A stretch of 43,959 nucleotides of DNA from Abditibacteriaceae bacterium (GCA_031425655.1 JANPJS010000298.1:1-43959); one strand, 5' to 3'. Shown: positions 27,646-39,816, counted from the stretch's first letter. Program-made: numbers and translations. The notes: a model not told the origin generated them from the letters alone.

Positions 27646-28188
27646 TTAGCGAAGAGCGGCGCGCAATGCGTTGCCGCAACGCGCGTTCCACACGGAGAAA
27701 ATAAGCACTATTCCGCCGACGAAGCCGGAAAGATAGCTGACATTGTGCGTCCAGGCGACGGCCACGAAAGGGGCGTGATGCTCCGGCGTGATGGCATCGG
27801 CCCAACCGGGCGCAATAGTTATACGCCCGCTTGAAGCCAATTCATAAGCCAAAAATCCCGCCGAAGCGGCACAAACCGCCATCGTCGCCAGCAAGATGCC
27901 GATGGGACGCACCAACCGCTTCGCTGTCCACGGCGGATAGTCGCCCGTCAGCGAGACAATCGCTAAGGGCACGCCGAGCAGGAAGCCAACCCACCACGTC
28001 GCAATTACGCCCCAGACTAAGCCTTGCACCGTCGGCGAATCGCTGACGACAACCGGCGGATGCGCGACCGTGAAGTATTCGAGGCACAACCGCGCGGTAA
28101 TCTGGTCGTGAATCAAGCCGTAAAACACCGCAGCGCCGATGCAAAGCGCGACGATGCGGAGAAATTCTTTGTCATTCTGCACTGTCAT
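27646..28188 (-). CDS. Hypothetical integral membrane protein (~4 TM)
   Basis: Hydrophobic segments plus conserved-looking YGLIHDQIT..CLEYFTVAH and WGVIATWW. ATGA-coupled to the upstream gene. Confidence 0.8.
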   Translation of the reverse strand: MTVQNDKEFLRIVALCIGAAVFYGLIHDQITARLCLEYFTVAHPPVVVSDSPTVQGLVWGVIATWWVGFLLGVPLAIVSLTGDYPPWTAKRLVRPIGILLATMAVCAASAGFLAYELASSGRITIAPGWADAITPEHHAPFVAVAWTHNVSYLSGFVGGIVLIFSVWNARCGNALRAALR

Positions 28189-31100
28189 GGTGTGAAGCGG
28201 ATTTTATAGGCAAAAGCGCCATCGGTTTTGAAGTGCAAGAAGTTGTCGTTGACTCGATTGATCTTGGTAACCAATAATGGCTCGCCGTTAATACCAACCG
28301 ACGTAATTCCCGAAATACGAGTGCTTTTGGCGCCTAATTGATTCAGTTTTAAGGTGAAATCGAATGGCAGCGAATGAGGCAGTGGCGTCAGCGTCCAAAC
28401 ATTGCCGCTGTGCTGCAAACGAAAGGCGCCATTAGTGGCAACCGGGCCAAAATCAACGATTTTTCCGGCCATGTTCAGCCGCGCTTCGCGTGCGGCAGCG
28501 CCCGCATCCGGGCCTTCGGGCAACCAAACCGCGACGGGCTGGCCGTCTTTGAAAACTACGGTGAGGCGCCCATTTTTGGCGCGCCCGTTGCTGTCATTCG
28601 GGCCGGCTAAGGGCAATCGCGCGCCGCTTTTCGGGTCGTAAAGCCCGACGCGCAAAGCGTAGTTGGCCTCTGTTTTCAACGCTTCGGGCAGCGTGGCTTC
28701 GGCAGTCGCCGCATATTTGCCCGGCTGACCGAGCTTCACCGCATCGAATTGAACATTACCTTGAAAGGCGATGCCTTCGCCCTGCGCCGGTTTTTCCTCC
28801 ACAAAGTGCAAAAACGGGCGATTAGCCGCGCTGGTCGGTTGCAAAACCTCCCACTCGAATTTGAAGCGCACTTTGCGCCCGTCTTGAGTCATGCCCAGCA
28901 CGCGCGGACGCACCGCGCCCCCGTCGCTGGACGGCGGGCGCGCGTCGGCGAAAAGCACGCCCGGCGAGCGCGAAAAGCCGGTAATCACGCCGTCGCGCCG
29001 CGCGATGCTGGCTTCACAATCATCCGTTTCGGCAAAAAAACCATATTGCGGCAAAGGCAGACCGTAAGCTCTCCAATCGGTTGCGCCACGATTGACGCTG
29101 ACTTTGCCGGACGAAAACGCGACGCTTTGGCGATGAATATTGTCGTCGGAAAAATAGAACGATCTTCCATAGTCGAGAAATGTGTGCGAAAGCATTTCAC
29201 CGCGCGCCAATTTCGCGCAAACGTCGTGCAGCAGCCAATACGTCATCACCGCGCGGCGATTGAAGGGGCCGTCGCACATCGGATTACGTCCGCCCAGCAC
29301 CGTTAGCGACAGATAATCATCGCTGCCGTATCCGTGCAGCGCGTTGTCTTGACCGCCGGAATAGCGGTCGCCTAAACCGCCCGCTAAAAGCACGAACGAA
29401 CCGTGCGAAGCCATGTCGTGCCACGGCACGCGCTCGCCGTCGGAGGCCGCGTAATTCCAGCTGAAATAGCTTTTTTGGCGCTCGTTCTGCGTGCCGGGCG
29501 CAAACCAGCCGGAGTGATCCGACTGCGCGCCGTCGAGGTGTCCAATCAGCGCGTCGGTGCCGGCCTCGCTGATTTGCGGCGCGTTATTGCCGAAAATCTC
29601 CCGCGCGCGGTCGAAAGACTCGCCCCATTTTTGCTGCGTCACGGTTTTGGGATAAAAACGTCCCGCGCGGTCATAAAAATCCATCGGCGCGATGGCGGTG
29701 AACACGTCCACGAATAAACCATCAGGCGCGAAACCGCTTTTCATGGCCTTCAAATTGGCTTCCTGCCACGGCGCGAAGGCGGTCGGCAGCCAGCGGTAGC
29801 TTTGCGCTTTGCGACTCTCGTTGAACCACGCTTTTTGCGGCGTGCCGTCGGCGTTGAAAATGATTTTTTCGTAAGAAAAGCCGGTCGCGTCCGGGTAAAA
29901 GTCAATGTAATTGTCGTGCGGCGCGAACAAAATGCCACTCTTTTTGCAGGCCGCGACCATCGCTTTGAAATCGGCAAAGTTGCCGGCAGGCGGATAAATA
30001 TCCGGCAAGCGATAATCGTAACCCCAACGCTGCCAGACGTGCTTGACGAAAATCGCATCCGTCAGGCCGTAAGCGGCGGCTTTTTCGATGTCTTGGGCGG
30101 CCTGTTTGTAATCGCCGCCCCATTGGTCGAGGCACATTTTGCCCTGTAATTTCGCCACGCCGCCCGCCGGTTGGAAACCCGCGATTTGCCGATACACGCG
30201 CGCCGCCGCGAACGCGCCTTTCTCCGATGGCACAAAGCTAAACGTGGCGTCGTGATGCGCGACGAGCGCGCAGCGGCGCGTTGCGGGGTCAACCGAAAAA
30301 GCGTCGGGGAAAATGTCGGTCGCTTGCACAAGCGAGAGGCTGTCATCAAAGTCGGCGCCGACGTGGCGCGTGCTGAGTGTGAAACCGCCCGCACCGATGT
30401 CCAGCCGTCCGGGATTCTCCAAAACATTGCCGAAACCGGCATAAATACGCCGCGCTTTTGCATTGGCCGGGCCGATTTGCAAGCGCGTGAAGCGTGGTTC
30501 GCCTTTCGCATCGCGTTTCACGCCGGGCATAGCGAAGCTGACGCGCAACGCGCCTTTTTCGGCCCAGATGCGAATTTCAACCGGTGCCTGAACGAGGTTG
30601 CCCGCCGCGTTAGTTAATGGTAGCGTTTGGCGAAAAACGCCGCGCCGCGTTTGGGCATCGAAATTTACGTTGCGCTCTGCCAATTCGCCGGGCGCGGTGG
30701 TCCAATTGGCGTTTTGCCCATCAATTTCAACGGTAAAGCCGTCGAAAGTGAGAACGCGATTGTTCTGAACGAAAGCAATTTGCGCGTCCGAAAAGCCTTG
30801 CGGCCCCAGAACGATGGCGGCGCCGGTCGTGCCGGCTTCGCTCTTCAATTGCCACGCCCAATCACCGTCTCGTCCATTAAACGCTGCCAGCGCCGCACTA
30901 AGGGCCAAGACGCGCCGCGCTACTCTGCTTTCTCCGCTTTCCACGATGGTTTGGATGCCGGCGATCAATGTCGGCGTTCCCCAGTAGGCTTGGTCGCAGC
31001 TCGTGTTGTGTTCCAGCCCCGGCCCGGTGAACAAGCGCAGCGCGATGGTTTTTCCCGCGTAGCCCGAAAGATTAACGCGCGCCGTCTCCCACGATTTGGA

Positions 31101-31955
31101 AATGGAAAAGCGCGAAAACAACAGCTTCCAGCCGGTTCCGTCGTCGGCGAAGACGCGAAAATCTACGCCGTCGCTGGGCGGTTCGGTGGGGCCGTTGTCA
31201 CGGATGGCGGTGGCAAATTCCAGCGAAAGCGGCTGCGTATTTGGCAGCGCAACGCGGTAATCGAGAACGGCGTCGCCCCAACCGGCGCGCCACGGCGGAT
31301 GAATGGCTATCGCCCGCCGCCGCCCGCCGCGATCCATGTCTTGAATCACGATGTTGGTGCCGGTCGCCGTGTCCGTGCCCTGCCAGCCGGCGGGCAAAGC
31401 TTGCACGTTGGCGCCTGCGATGGCAAAACCCGGCTGAAAAGTATCGGGCGTATCGAGGCGCAGCGTGCGCGCCAATTGCAGCGTCGGCAGCGTTTTGGGC
31501 GGCGCCGCATTCATGATAGCTTTTTGCGCCACGCCGACGATGAGAATCGCGTGTGGCGCCAATTTGCCCAGTCCTGAAACCGCTTCCGCTTGCGCATGAA
31601 TCGGATAAAGCGCGGCGTAGCTGCCCTTGCCCGCGATAACCGCAACCGCGATGGTTTTCTCGCTTTTGGCGGGCACCGCAAAGCTCCATTTCGCTTCGCG
31701 GGCCGTTTTTTTGTCGGCGCCGACCACGCGCCAATCGTCGGTTACCCACACGCGCAGCGTGCCGAGCAGCGCCGCATCGCCGCTGTTGACGAGCGTAACC
31801 GGCACCGCGACGGGCTTTCCCAATGCCGTCACTTCGCCGGGATCGGCGATTCGCACCGTCAAGGCACCCTTTGTATCTTCGGGCGGCGAAAAAGCGTGGG
31901 CTGACTGGCCTGAAAGCAGGGCTGCGCAAGCGAGAAGAATCTTGAATAAACGCAT
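28185..31955 (-). CDS. Large secreted putative glycoside hydrolase (GH129/GH101/DUF5696-like core) with an NPCBM-like module
   Basis: Signal peptide. IAIHPP...SDGVDFRV module. WQRWGYD, FAPHDNYIDFY, DGLFVDVF and SEAG motifs. Confidence 0.6.
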   Translation of the reverse strand: MRLFKILLACAALLSGQSAHAFSPPEDTKGALTVRIADPGEVTALGKPVAVPVTLVNSGDAALLGTLRVWVTDDWRVVGADKKTAREAKWSFAVPAKSEKTIAVAVIAGKGSYAALYPIHAQAEAVSGLGKLAPHAILIVGVAQKAIMNAAPPKTLPTLQLARTLRLDTPDTFQPGFAIAGANVQALPAGWQGTDTATGTNIVIQDMDRGGRRRAIAIHPPWRAGWGDAVLDYRVALPNTQPLSLEFATAIRDNGPTEPPSDGVDFRVFADDGTGWKLLFSRFSISKSWETARVNLSGYAGKTIALRLFTGPGLEHNTSCDQAYWGTPTLIAGIQTIVESGESRVARRVLALSAALAAFNGRDGDWAWQLKSEAGTTGAAIVLGPQGFSDAQIAFVQNNRVLTFDGFTVEIDGQNANWTTAPGELAERNVNFDAQTRRGVFRQTLPLTNAAGNLVQAPVEIRIWAEKGALRVSFAMPGVKRDAKGEPRFTRLQIGPANAKARRIYAGFGNVLENPGRLDIGAGGFTLSTRHVGADFDDSLSLVQATDIFPDAFSVDPATRRCALVAHHDATFSFVPSEKGAFAAARVYRQIAGFQPAGGVAKLQGKMCLDQWGGDYKQAAQDIEKAAAYGLTDAIFVKHVWQRWGYDYRLPDIYPPAGNFADFKAMVAACKKSGILFAPHDNYIDFYPDATGFSYEKIIFNADGTPQKAWFNESRKAQSYRWLPTAFAPWQEANLKAMKSGFAPDGLFVDVFTAIAPMDFYDRAGRFYPKTVTQQKWGESFDRAREIFGNNAPQISEAGTDALIGHLDGAQSDHSGWFAPGTQNERQKSYFSWNYAASDGERVPWHDMASHGSFVLLAGGLGDRYSGGQDNALHGYGSDDYLSLTVLGGRNPMCDGPFNRRAVMTYWLLHDVCAKLARGEMLSHTFLDYGRSFYFSDDNIHRQSVAFSSGKVSVNRGATDWRAYGLPLPQYGFFAETDDCEASIARRDGVITGFSRSPGVLFADARPPSSDGGAVRPRVLGMTQDGRKVRFKFEWEVLQPTSAANRPFLHFVEEKPAQGEGIAFQGNVQFDAVKLGQPGKYAATAEATLPEALKTEANYALRVGLYDPKSGARLPLAGPNDSNGRAKNGRLTVVFKDGQPVAVWLPEGPDAGAAAREARLNMAGKIVDFGPVATNGAFRLQHSGNVWTLTPLPHSLPFDFTLKLNQLGAKSTRISGITSVGINGEPLLVTKINRVNDNFLHFKTDGAFAYKIRFTP

Positions 31956-31972
31956 TTTTATCTCCGTATGAG

Positions 31973-33154
31973 TCAAGGCACGTTGGCGTGTGGGGCGTAA
32001 TCCTTTACCAACTGCCCAACGATGGCGTCTATCGCGGTCGCTACGCCTTCTCCATCGCAGTTGGTGCTGGCTACGACGGCGAAATCACGGAGCGGCGCCA
32101 GCCACATGACGGTGTAATTCGTGGTATTAGTGCCGTTGTGCGTCAGAACATGGCCGCCGCCCCAATCGCGTGTCACCGCGTTCCAACCCAGCGCGTAATG
32201 GCCGTCGGCTGCAAACGGCGTGTGCAATTTGCGAAAACTCTCGCGCTTCAGCAAAACGTCGCCGCTGCGGTTTCCGCGCAAATGAAAAGCGGCATAACGC
32301 GCCAAGTCGCTGATGCTGCAATGCACGGTGCCGCCGGGGCCGATGGCGGCAGGATTGTCGGCACCGGGGCCGGGCGCTACAGGCACCATTTTGCCTTCGC
32401 GCAAGCTGTGGCCCCAGGGCTGATCGTGTTTGCCGATACTGGCCGGCACGCCAAATCCCGCCGATGTCATCTTCAAAGGCGCGAAAAGTTTCTCACGCAG
32501 AACTTCTTCGTAAGGCTGGTCGAGCTTTTCTTCGATGGCGTGACCCACCAGCGCGTAGCCGGAGTTGGCGTATTCAAAGCGCGTGCCTGTCGCATACGCC
32601 GGGTCGTGTTCGGTGAGTAATTCTTCGGTCAAATAAGCGCGTTGTCGGCGCGGTGGCTCACTCGCTCGTTGCCAGATTCGCGGCCACAATCCCTGAGCAT
32701 TCAAATCGTGTGGCGCGCCGCCGCGATGAGCAAGCAGTTGTTCGAGAGTTGCCGTGCGCCAGCCGTCGCGCATTTGCGGCGCCATTTGGGGAAACGCCTC
32801 GGCTAATGTCAGATTCCAGCGCAGTCTGCCGCTTTCGACTAACATCGCTGTCAATGTGGCGGTCATGCTTTTGGTGCAGGAGCCAATGTGCCACTTGTCG
32901 GCGAGAGTAACTTGCTCCGGCGAGCCGTTGCGACGGAATCCGCTGACTCCGACGGCGACGACGGCCCCGTTTCGCACGACAGCGGCGCCGACAGCGGGCA
33001 GTTTCGCGGCGAGACGTTTAGTTTCGAGGAAGTCGTTCAGGGACACGACATCTGTTTCCAACTTGGTTTCGGGAGCCGCAACAGCGGGAGCCGAGATGAA
33101 GAAAACCGCCAAAGCGAACAAGCCGGAGAGCGCCGAGAAACGGTCAATGAACAT
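31973..33154 (-). CDS. Serine hydrolase, beta-lactamase/class C-like
   Basis: SCTK (SxxK), YAN (YxN), LLAHRGG and HNGT motifs. Signal peptide from ATG 33154. Confidence 0.9.
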   Translation of the reverse strand: MFIDRFSALSGLFALAVFFISAPAVAAPETKLETDVVSLNDFLETKRLAAKLPAVGAAVVRNGAVVAVGVSGFRRNGSPEQVTLADKWHIGSCTKSMTATLTAMLVESGRLRWNLTLAEAFPQMAPQMRDGWRTATLEQLLAHRGGAPHDLNAQGLWPRIWQRASEPPRRQRAYLTEELLTEHDPAYATGTRFEYANSGYALVGHAIEEKLDQPYEEVLREKLFAPLKMTSAGFGVPASIGKHDQPWGHSLREGKMVPVAPGPGADNPAAIGPGGTVHCSISDLARYAAFHLRGNRSGDVLLKRESFRKLHTPFAADGHYALGWNAVTRDWGGGHVLTHNGTNTTNYTVMWLAPLRDFAVVASTNCDGEGVATAIDAIVGQLVKDYAPHANVP

Positions 33155-33200
33155 AGCAACACCCGTGAAATTGGGCGGCAGACAAATCCTCTGGCGCTTT

Positions 33201-34238
33201 TCAAGATTTTGAGACGCCGCGCGCGGTTTTGCCATGCTTCTTAGTTGAATCTTTTTTCAATGCACCCTTTGGCGTTAAATCGGCTGAAGGCACCGGTCCG
33301 CTTGCCGCTGTAACGGATGGCGAAGCGATAAACGGTCGCGGACGCGGCGAAGGCGGCGCGGCGACGCGGCCCGACGAGCGCGCATCGGCAGCGGGCGACG
33401 GATGCCGCACTTGCTGCGTTTTCTCGAATACCCATTGCACCACTTCGGCTGGGTCGTCGGTGATTTGCAGCAGGTCGAGGTCGGCGGGCAAAATCGTGCC
33501 GTGCGGCACCATGACGTTTTGCATCCAGTCAATCAGGCCGCACCAGTAATCTCTGCCGAACAAAATCACCGGGAAGTCTTGCACCACGCGCGTTTGCACC
33601 AATGTCAGCGATTCAAACAATTCGTCCATCGTGCCGAAGCCGCCGGGGAAAATCACGAAGGCCGAAGCATATTTCACGAAGTTGGTCTTGCGACAAAAAA
33701 AGTAATGAAAATGAATGCCCGTTTCGACGTAAGGATTGCTTTTCTGCTCGAAAGGCAGCTCAATGTTGAGTCCGATGGAAATCGTGGGGTCTTGCTTGCG
33801 GCGCCCGACGATGCGTGCGCCTTTGTTGGCCGCTTCCATGATGCCCGGCCCGCCGCCGGTTATCACGCACCAACCGGCTTTAGCGAGGCGCTCGGAAACA
33901 TCCGTCGCGGCCTGATAATAGGGGCTGTCTTCGGGCAAGCGCGCCGAGCCGAAAACCGCGACGGCGGGGCCGACTTTGCTCATGATCTCGAACGAATGGA
34001 CGAACTCGGCCATGATGCGGAAAATCCGCCACGGTTCGCTGCGCGTGAAGTTTTGTTGCACAAAATCCGGCCCCGACGAGTTGAGCAGTTCGAAGTCGTG
34101 CGTGGCCTGCGCCGGTTGCCCGCTGGCCGCCAATGTTTCTTCGATGTCGCTGCCGGGAATGGCGTGTTTTTGTGGTTCGCGTGCCGCCGAGGCCGCCGGT
34201 TTTGAAGCCGATTTCCGCTTGATTTTTTTCGTTGCCAT
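33201..34238 (-). CDS. LOG-family (TIGR00730) nucleotide phosphoribohydrolase with low-complexity termini
   Basis: VFGSAR, TGGGPGIMEA, FFCRK and PGGFGTMDE motifs. Confidence 0.93.
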   Translation of the reverse strand: MATKKIKRKSASKPAASAAREPQKHAIPGSDIEETLAASGQPAQATHDFELLNSSGPDFVQQNFTRSEPWRIFRIMAEFVHSFEIMSKVGPAVAVFGSARLPEDSPYYQAATDVSERLAKAGWCVITGGGPGIMEAANKGARIVGRRKQDPTISIGLNIELPFEQKSNPYVETGIHFHYFFCRKTNFVKYASAFVIFPGGFGTMDELFESLTLVQTRVVQDFPVILFGRDYWCGLIDWMQNVMVPHGTILPADLDLLQITDDPAEVVQWVFEKTQQVRHPSPAADARSSGRVAAPPSPRPRPFIASPSVTAASGPVPSADLTPKGALKKDSTKKHGKTARGVSKS

Positions 34239-34387
34239 AAGGAACCTTTCGGGTCGTGGAGATTGGAGCGTGGCTCATTTTACCTGCTCGCAAGCGTCCC
34301 GTCGTGCCTGAAAGCGGGCAAAAAGGTATAATTTTCGGGGCGAAACCCAACTTTAACTACGGGCCGCTATGCGCCGAGGAGATTGCT

Positions 34388-36394
34388 TTGCTGTCGCGTT
34401 CGATTCCCAATTGCCGTCGTTTTTTCAAATTTTCAATGCTGTTGTTTTGCGCCTTCGCACCCGCTGCGCCTTCGGCGAACGCGGCGGTCGCGGTTGTGGA
34501 CGATTTCGAGGATGGCGTCGCGGGTTGGAGCACCAACGACAAAGTCAAGTTCGATAATCCCTCGCAGCCGGCTTCGCTTGTCAACGTGGTCGCGGTGCCC
34601 GCCGAGCCGGGCGGTGCACGCGGCTCGAAAGGCGCGGCCTTGTTCACTTTCAAAGCCGCCAACGCTTCGTGGGCCTCGGCCTCGTTTAAAGTGGACGGCA
34701 AACAATGGGCGCAAATCGGCGCGCAAAAATTGTCGTTTTGGCTGGGTGCGGGAGGCGAATCGCAAGGCTTCGATGTCGTTTTGCGCGGGCGCTACGGCGG
34801 CCCCGACGGCTCGCCCAAAGAAGAAAAGTTCACGCTGAAAAAGCGCGTTGACCTCGACCGCCGTCCGTGGCGCTTGGTTTCGATTCCTCTTTCGGATTTT
34901 CGCAGTCCAAACGGCGCCGCGCCATCGCGTTTATCCACGGTTTATCTGCTGCAAATCGTGCAAACCGGCGATTGGGATGCGCGCTTTTTCAATCTCGACG
35001 ACATTCGCATCGAAGGCAGCGGTGTCCCGCTTGTGCAAACCGTGAAAGCGCCGGGCGAAGTGGTTCCGCCGCCGGTTGCTCCAACCGCACCACTATCGTC
35101 CGGCGTGACGAATGTCAGCGCCGACTTTTTGAAAAAAGAAGGCCGCGTGCGCAGCGCGGGCAACGTGTCCATCGGCATGACGTGGCCCGACACCAACGGC
35201 ATCGAAGTGCTGCCTTTGGAAAACAAAGCCTACCGCGACACTCTTGCGACCTTGAAACCGCGCATCGTGCGCCTTGATGCCGGCAGCCTCGCGGCGCTGA
35301 TGGATTCGTCCAAACCCTCGTTCGATTTCACCAAGCTCATCACGGCGGCGCGCCAGACACGGGCGTTAGGCTTCGAGCCAATGGTGGCGCTGACCAATCC
35401 CGTCGCGTGGGGTTTGGACGAGCGCGCCTACGCGTCTTTTGCTTCGCAGGCGGCCAAAGCCATCAATACCGGGCCGGTGCCGCCGGTGCGGCTTTTCGAG
35501 GTCGCCGTCGGCGCGCCCGGCAGCGCAGCGGGCGAAGACGACACGCTGGCGCTCAGCTATTACAACAGCGCCTACGATGCGCTGAAAGCGTTTTCCAAAA
35601 ACTTCTGGGTCGGCGGCATCACCAGCAGCGGGGGCCGCGCCGGAACCATGAGCAAACTGCTCGGCGGGGCCAGAGGCCTTGATTTCTTGGCCGTCAGCTT
35701 TTACGGCGCGCCTCATAATTCCGGCACCAACATCCCGACCAGCGACCAGATTTTGCGCAGCGCCGGGACAATAGCGAGCCTGCGCTACGCCGCCGCCCAA
35801 CTCGATAAATCACGCTTCGCCAAAGCGCCGATTTTCGTGACACAGGCCAACCTTTTGGCGCCCGGCAGCGACGGCGACCAGCCCGGCGAGGCGCGCCCGA
35901 CGCAAATCGTGGCCGCCGCGTGGTGGGCCACCTTTATCGGCGCCGGCTCGCGCGTGGCCGACCAAATTTTTCATAACGATTCTTCTAATGCCGCGTGGGG
36001 ACTTTTAGATGGACAAGCCGCGATACCGCGCGCTTATCCGGCCTATTACGCGTTGTGGCTGTGGAACACCTTTTTGCCGACCGGCAGCGAGCGTGTCGCG
36101 GCTACCGCTTCGACGCCGGCTATCGCAGTCACGGCAGTTAACCCGCCGATGGCCAATGGGCAACCGATTCACACTTTGCTGCTAACGAACCTGACGCCTT
36201 TCGAGCAAACCGTGAAAGTCTCCATTCGCGGCTTCCCGGTTTTGCGCGAAGCGCGCGTCCGTGTCTTCGATGATTTAGCCGCCGCGCGGGCGCTCAATAC
36301 GCCGCAGATTTTGCCGAAAAGCCCGTTTCAGACTTTGGTTCTCAAGCCGAACGCCGTCGCGGTTTTGCAGTTCGTCGAGCCGCCGAAAAAATAA
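34388..36394 (+). CDS. Secreted protein with a CBM11-like N-terminal domain, Pro-rich linker and GH39-like barrel, apparently lacking the catalytic Glu residues
   Basis: GAGGAG RBS then TTG at 34388, with TATAAT at 34327. VDDFE...WRLVSIPLSDF...LDDIRI (CBM11-like). FEVAVG and IFVTQAN at the expected catalytic positions. Confidence 0.6.
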   Translation: MLSRSIPNCRRFFKFSMLLFCAFAPAAPSANAAVAVVDDFEDGVAGWSTNDKVKFDNPSQPASLVNVVAVPAEPGGARGSKGAALFTFKAANASWASASFKVDGKQWAQIGAQKLSFWLGAGGESQGFDVVLRGRYGGPDGSPKEEKFTLKKRVDLDRRPWRLVSIPLSDFRSPNGAAPSRLSTVYLLQIVQTGDWDARFFNLDDIRIEGSGVPLVQTVKAPGEVVPPPVAPTAPLSSGVTNVSADFLKKEGRVRSAGNVSIGMTWPDTNGIEVLPLENKAYRDTLATLKPRIVRLDAGSLAALMDSSKPSFDFTKLITAARQTRALGFEPMVALTNPVAWGLDERAYASFASQAAKAINTGPVPPVRLFEVAVGAPGSAAGEDDTLALSYYNSAYDALKAFSKNFWVGGITSSGGRAGTMSKLLGGARGLDFLAVSFYGAPHNSGTNIPTSDQILRSAGTIASLRYAAAQLDKSRFAKAPIFVTQANLLAPGSDGDQPGEARPTQIVAAAWWATFIGAGSRVADQIFHNDSSNAAWGLLDGQAAIPRAYPAYYALWLWNTFLPTGSERVAATASTPAIAVTAVNPPMANGQPIHTLLLTNLTPFEQTVKVSIRGFPVLREARVRVFDDLAAARALNTPQILPKSPFQTLVLKPNAVAVLQFVEPPKK

Positions 36395-36884
36395 ACCGCC
36401 GATGCATCCGCCCAGAGGGCACGCCGATAAACGCCGATGAATAGCGATTAAGGCCGATTAGATGAGATCACGCGGGGCATCATCGGGGCGTCTTATGATG
36501 TGTCGAATGCGCTCGGCAGCGGCTTTCTGGAAAAGGTTTACGAGAACGCATTGTCACATGAACTTCGCAAGCGAGGTTTGGAAGTCAGGCAGCAACAGCC
36601 GATTAACGTTTGGTATGACGGGATTTGCGTGGGCGCTTATGCCGCAGATTTGCTGGTTGAAGGTTGCGTCATCGTCGAATTGAAGGCGATAAAGGCATTG
36701 GACGACGTTCATCTGGCGCCGTGCTTGAACTATTTGAAAGCCACCGAATTGCGCGTTTGCCTGCTTATCAACTTCGGCAGCCCGCGCGTGGACATGAAGC
36801 GCATCGTCCCTATTTTTTGAATGCCGGAAATCTAAAAATATCGGCGTTTATCGGGTGCCCTCTGGGCGGATTTATCGGCGGTTT
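36393..36884. mobile_element. Cassette bounded by ~45-bp inverted repeats (CGCCGATAAA units, hairpin module copies 4 and 5) enclosing a GxxExxY gene
   Basis: Left arm 36393-36438 and right arm 36840-36884 are near-perfect reverse complements. Confidence 0.6.
36437..36820 (+). pseudogene. GxxExxY (PD-(D/E)XK-like) protein with a premature stop
   Basis: MNSD*GRLDEITRGIIGASYDVSNALGSGFLEKVYENAL...ADLLVE..VIVELKA. In-frame TAA at 36449-36451. Conserved AQ...NYL reads AP...NYL. Confidence 0.8.
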
Positions 36885-36890
36885 CGCCCC

Positions 36891-36919
36891 TTGCTGTGAA
36901 GGGCGAAAATTGTTATAAT
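36891..36919 (+). promoter_or_regulatory. Sigma70-type promoter for the gyrB operon
   Basis: TTGCTG-17 bp-TATAAT with an extended TG at 36911-36912. Confidence 0.65.
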
Positions 36920-37055
36920 TTAGAACAGTGAAATCCACTTTTTCCCCGCTTGTTTTCCCCGCGTTCTGGTCGTAGTTTTCCGGTTCTCATCATAGACCGA
37001 ATTGCGTCTGTCGGCGGGAATTTACGAGCAGTTTTACTTGATGTCTGAAGTCTGA

Positions 37056-39271
<2,216 letters not shown>

Positions 39272-39272
<1 letters not shown>

Positions 39273-39592
39273 TGCTCGTTCACAGCGATTATCTGGGTGC
39301 CGATGTAGAACTGAGCGAAGAGCGTGAGGTTCATATCGGCGCCCGGCATCCCGATCTGCCGCCGCGTTATCGCTCGCAAATGCTGGATACCATCGGCGAT
39401 CCAGACGAGATACGCCGCAGTTCGCGGGCTGACAATACCAAGCTGTTTTGTCGCTGGTTCGACGACGTGCGAGGCGGAAAATACGTTGTGGTAGTCGTTG
39501 TGAGCCGCAAGACGCCCAAGCGTCATTGGGTCATCACTTCTTACATGACGCTGCGATTGGCGGAAGGAGAGATCGAATGGAGCCGAAGCTAA
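39272..39592 (+). CDS. Putative BECR/PBECR-fold (RelE/BrnT-like) RNase toxin
   Basis: ER..HI..RHP, DTI.DPDEI..S and VVVVV....WVITSY. TGATG-coupled to gyrB. Overlaps a DUF2283-like gene. Confidence 0.7.
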
Positions 39593-39816
39593 GTTTCAAC
39601 TACGACCGTGAGGCGGACATCCTCTACATTGACGTGCGTCCGCCTTACGCTGACCAGGAATCGCAGGAAATGGGCGATGGCGTGGTGGCGCGTTTGAGTC
39701 CGCAGACTGGCGACGTGGAGAATTTGGAAGTAATGTTCTTTTCCACGCGTCTGCTGCGCTCTGAGCTTTTCGAGTTGCCGATTGCGGCGGATTTCCATTT
39801 GGTGAAAGCGGCGTGA
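39577..39816 (+). CDS. DUF2283-family putative antitoxin
   Basis: MEPKLSFNYDREADILYI...EMGDGVVARL..TGDVENLEV. GGAG RBS upstream. Confidence 0.8.
   Translation: MEPKLSFNYDREADILYIDVRPPYADQESQEMGDGVVARLSPQTGDVENLEVMFFSTRLLRSELFELPIAADFHLVKAA

Noticed and set aside
31973..33154. Bona fide beta-lactam resistance gene
   Set aside because: Motifs fit the broad serine hydrolase family (HNG rather than KTG). Activity cannot be inferred from sequence.
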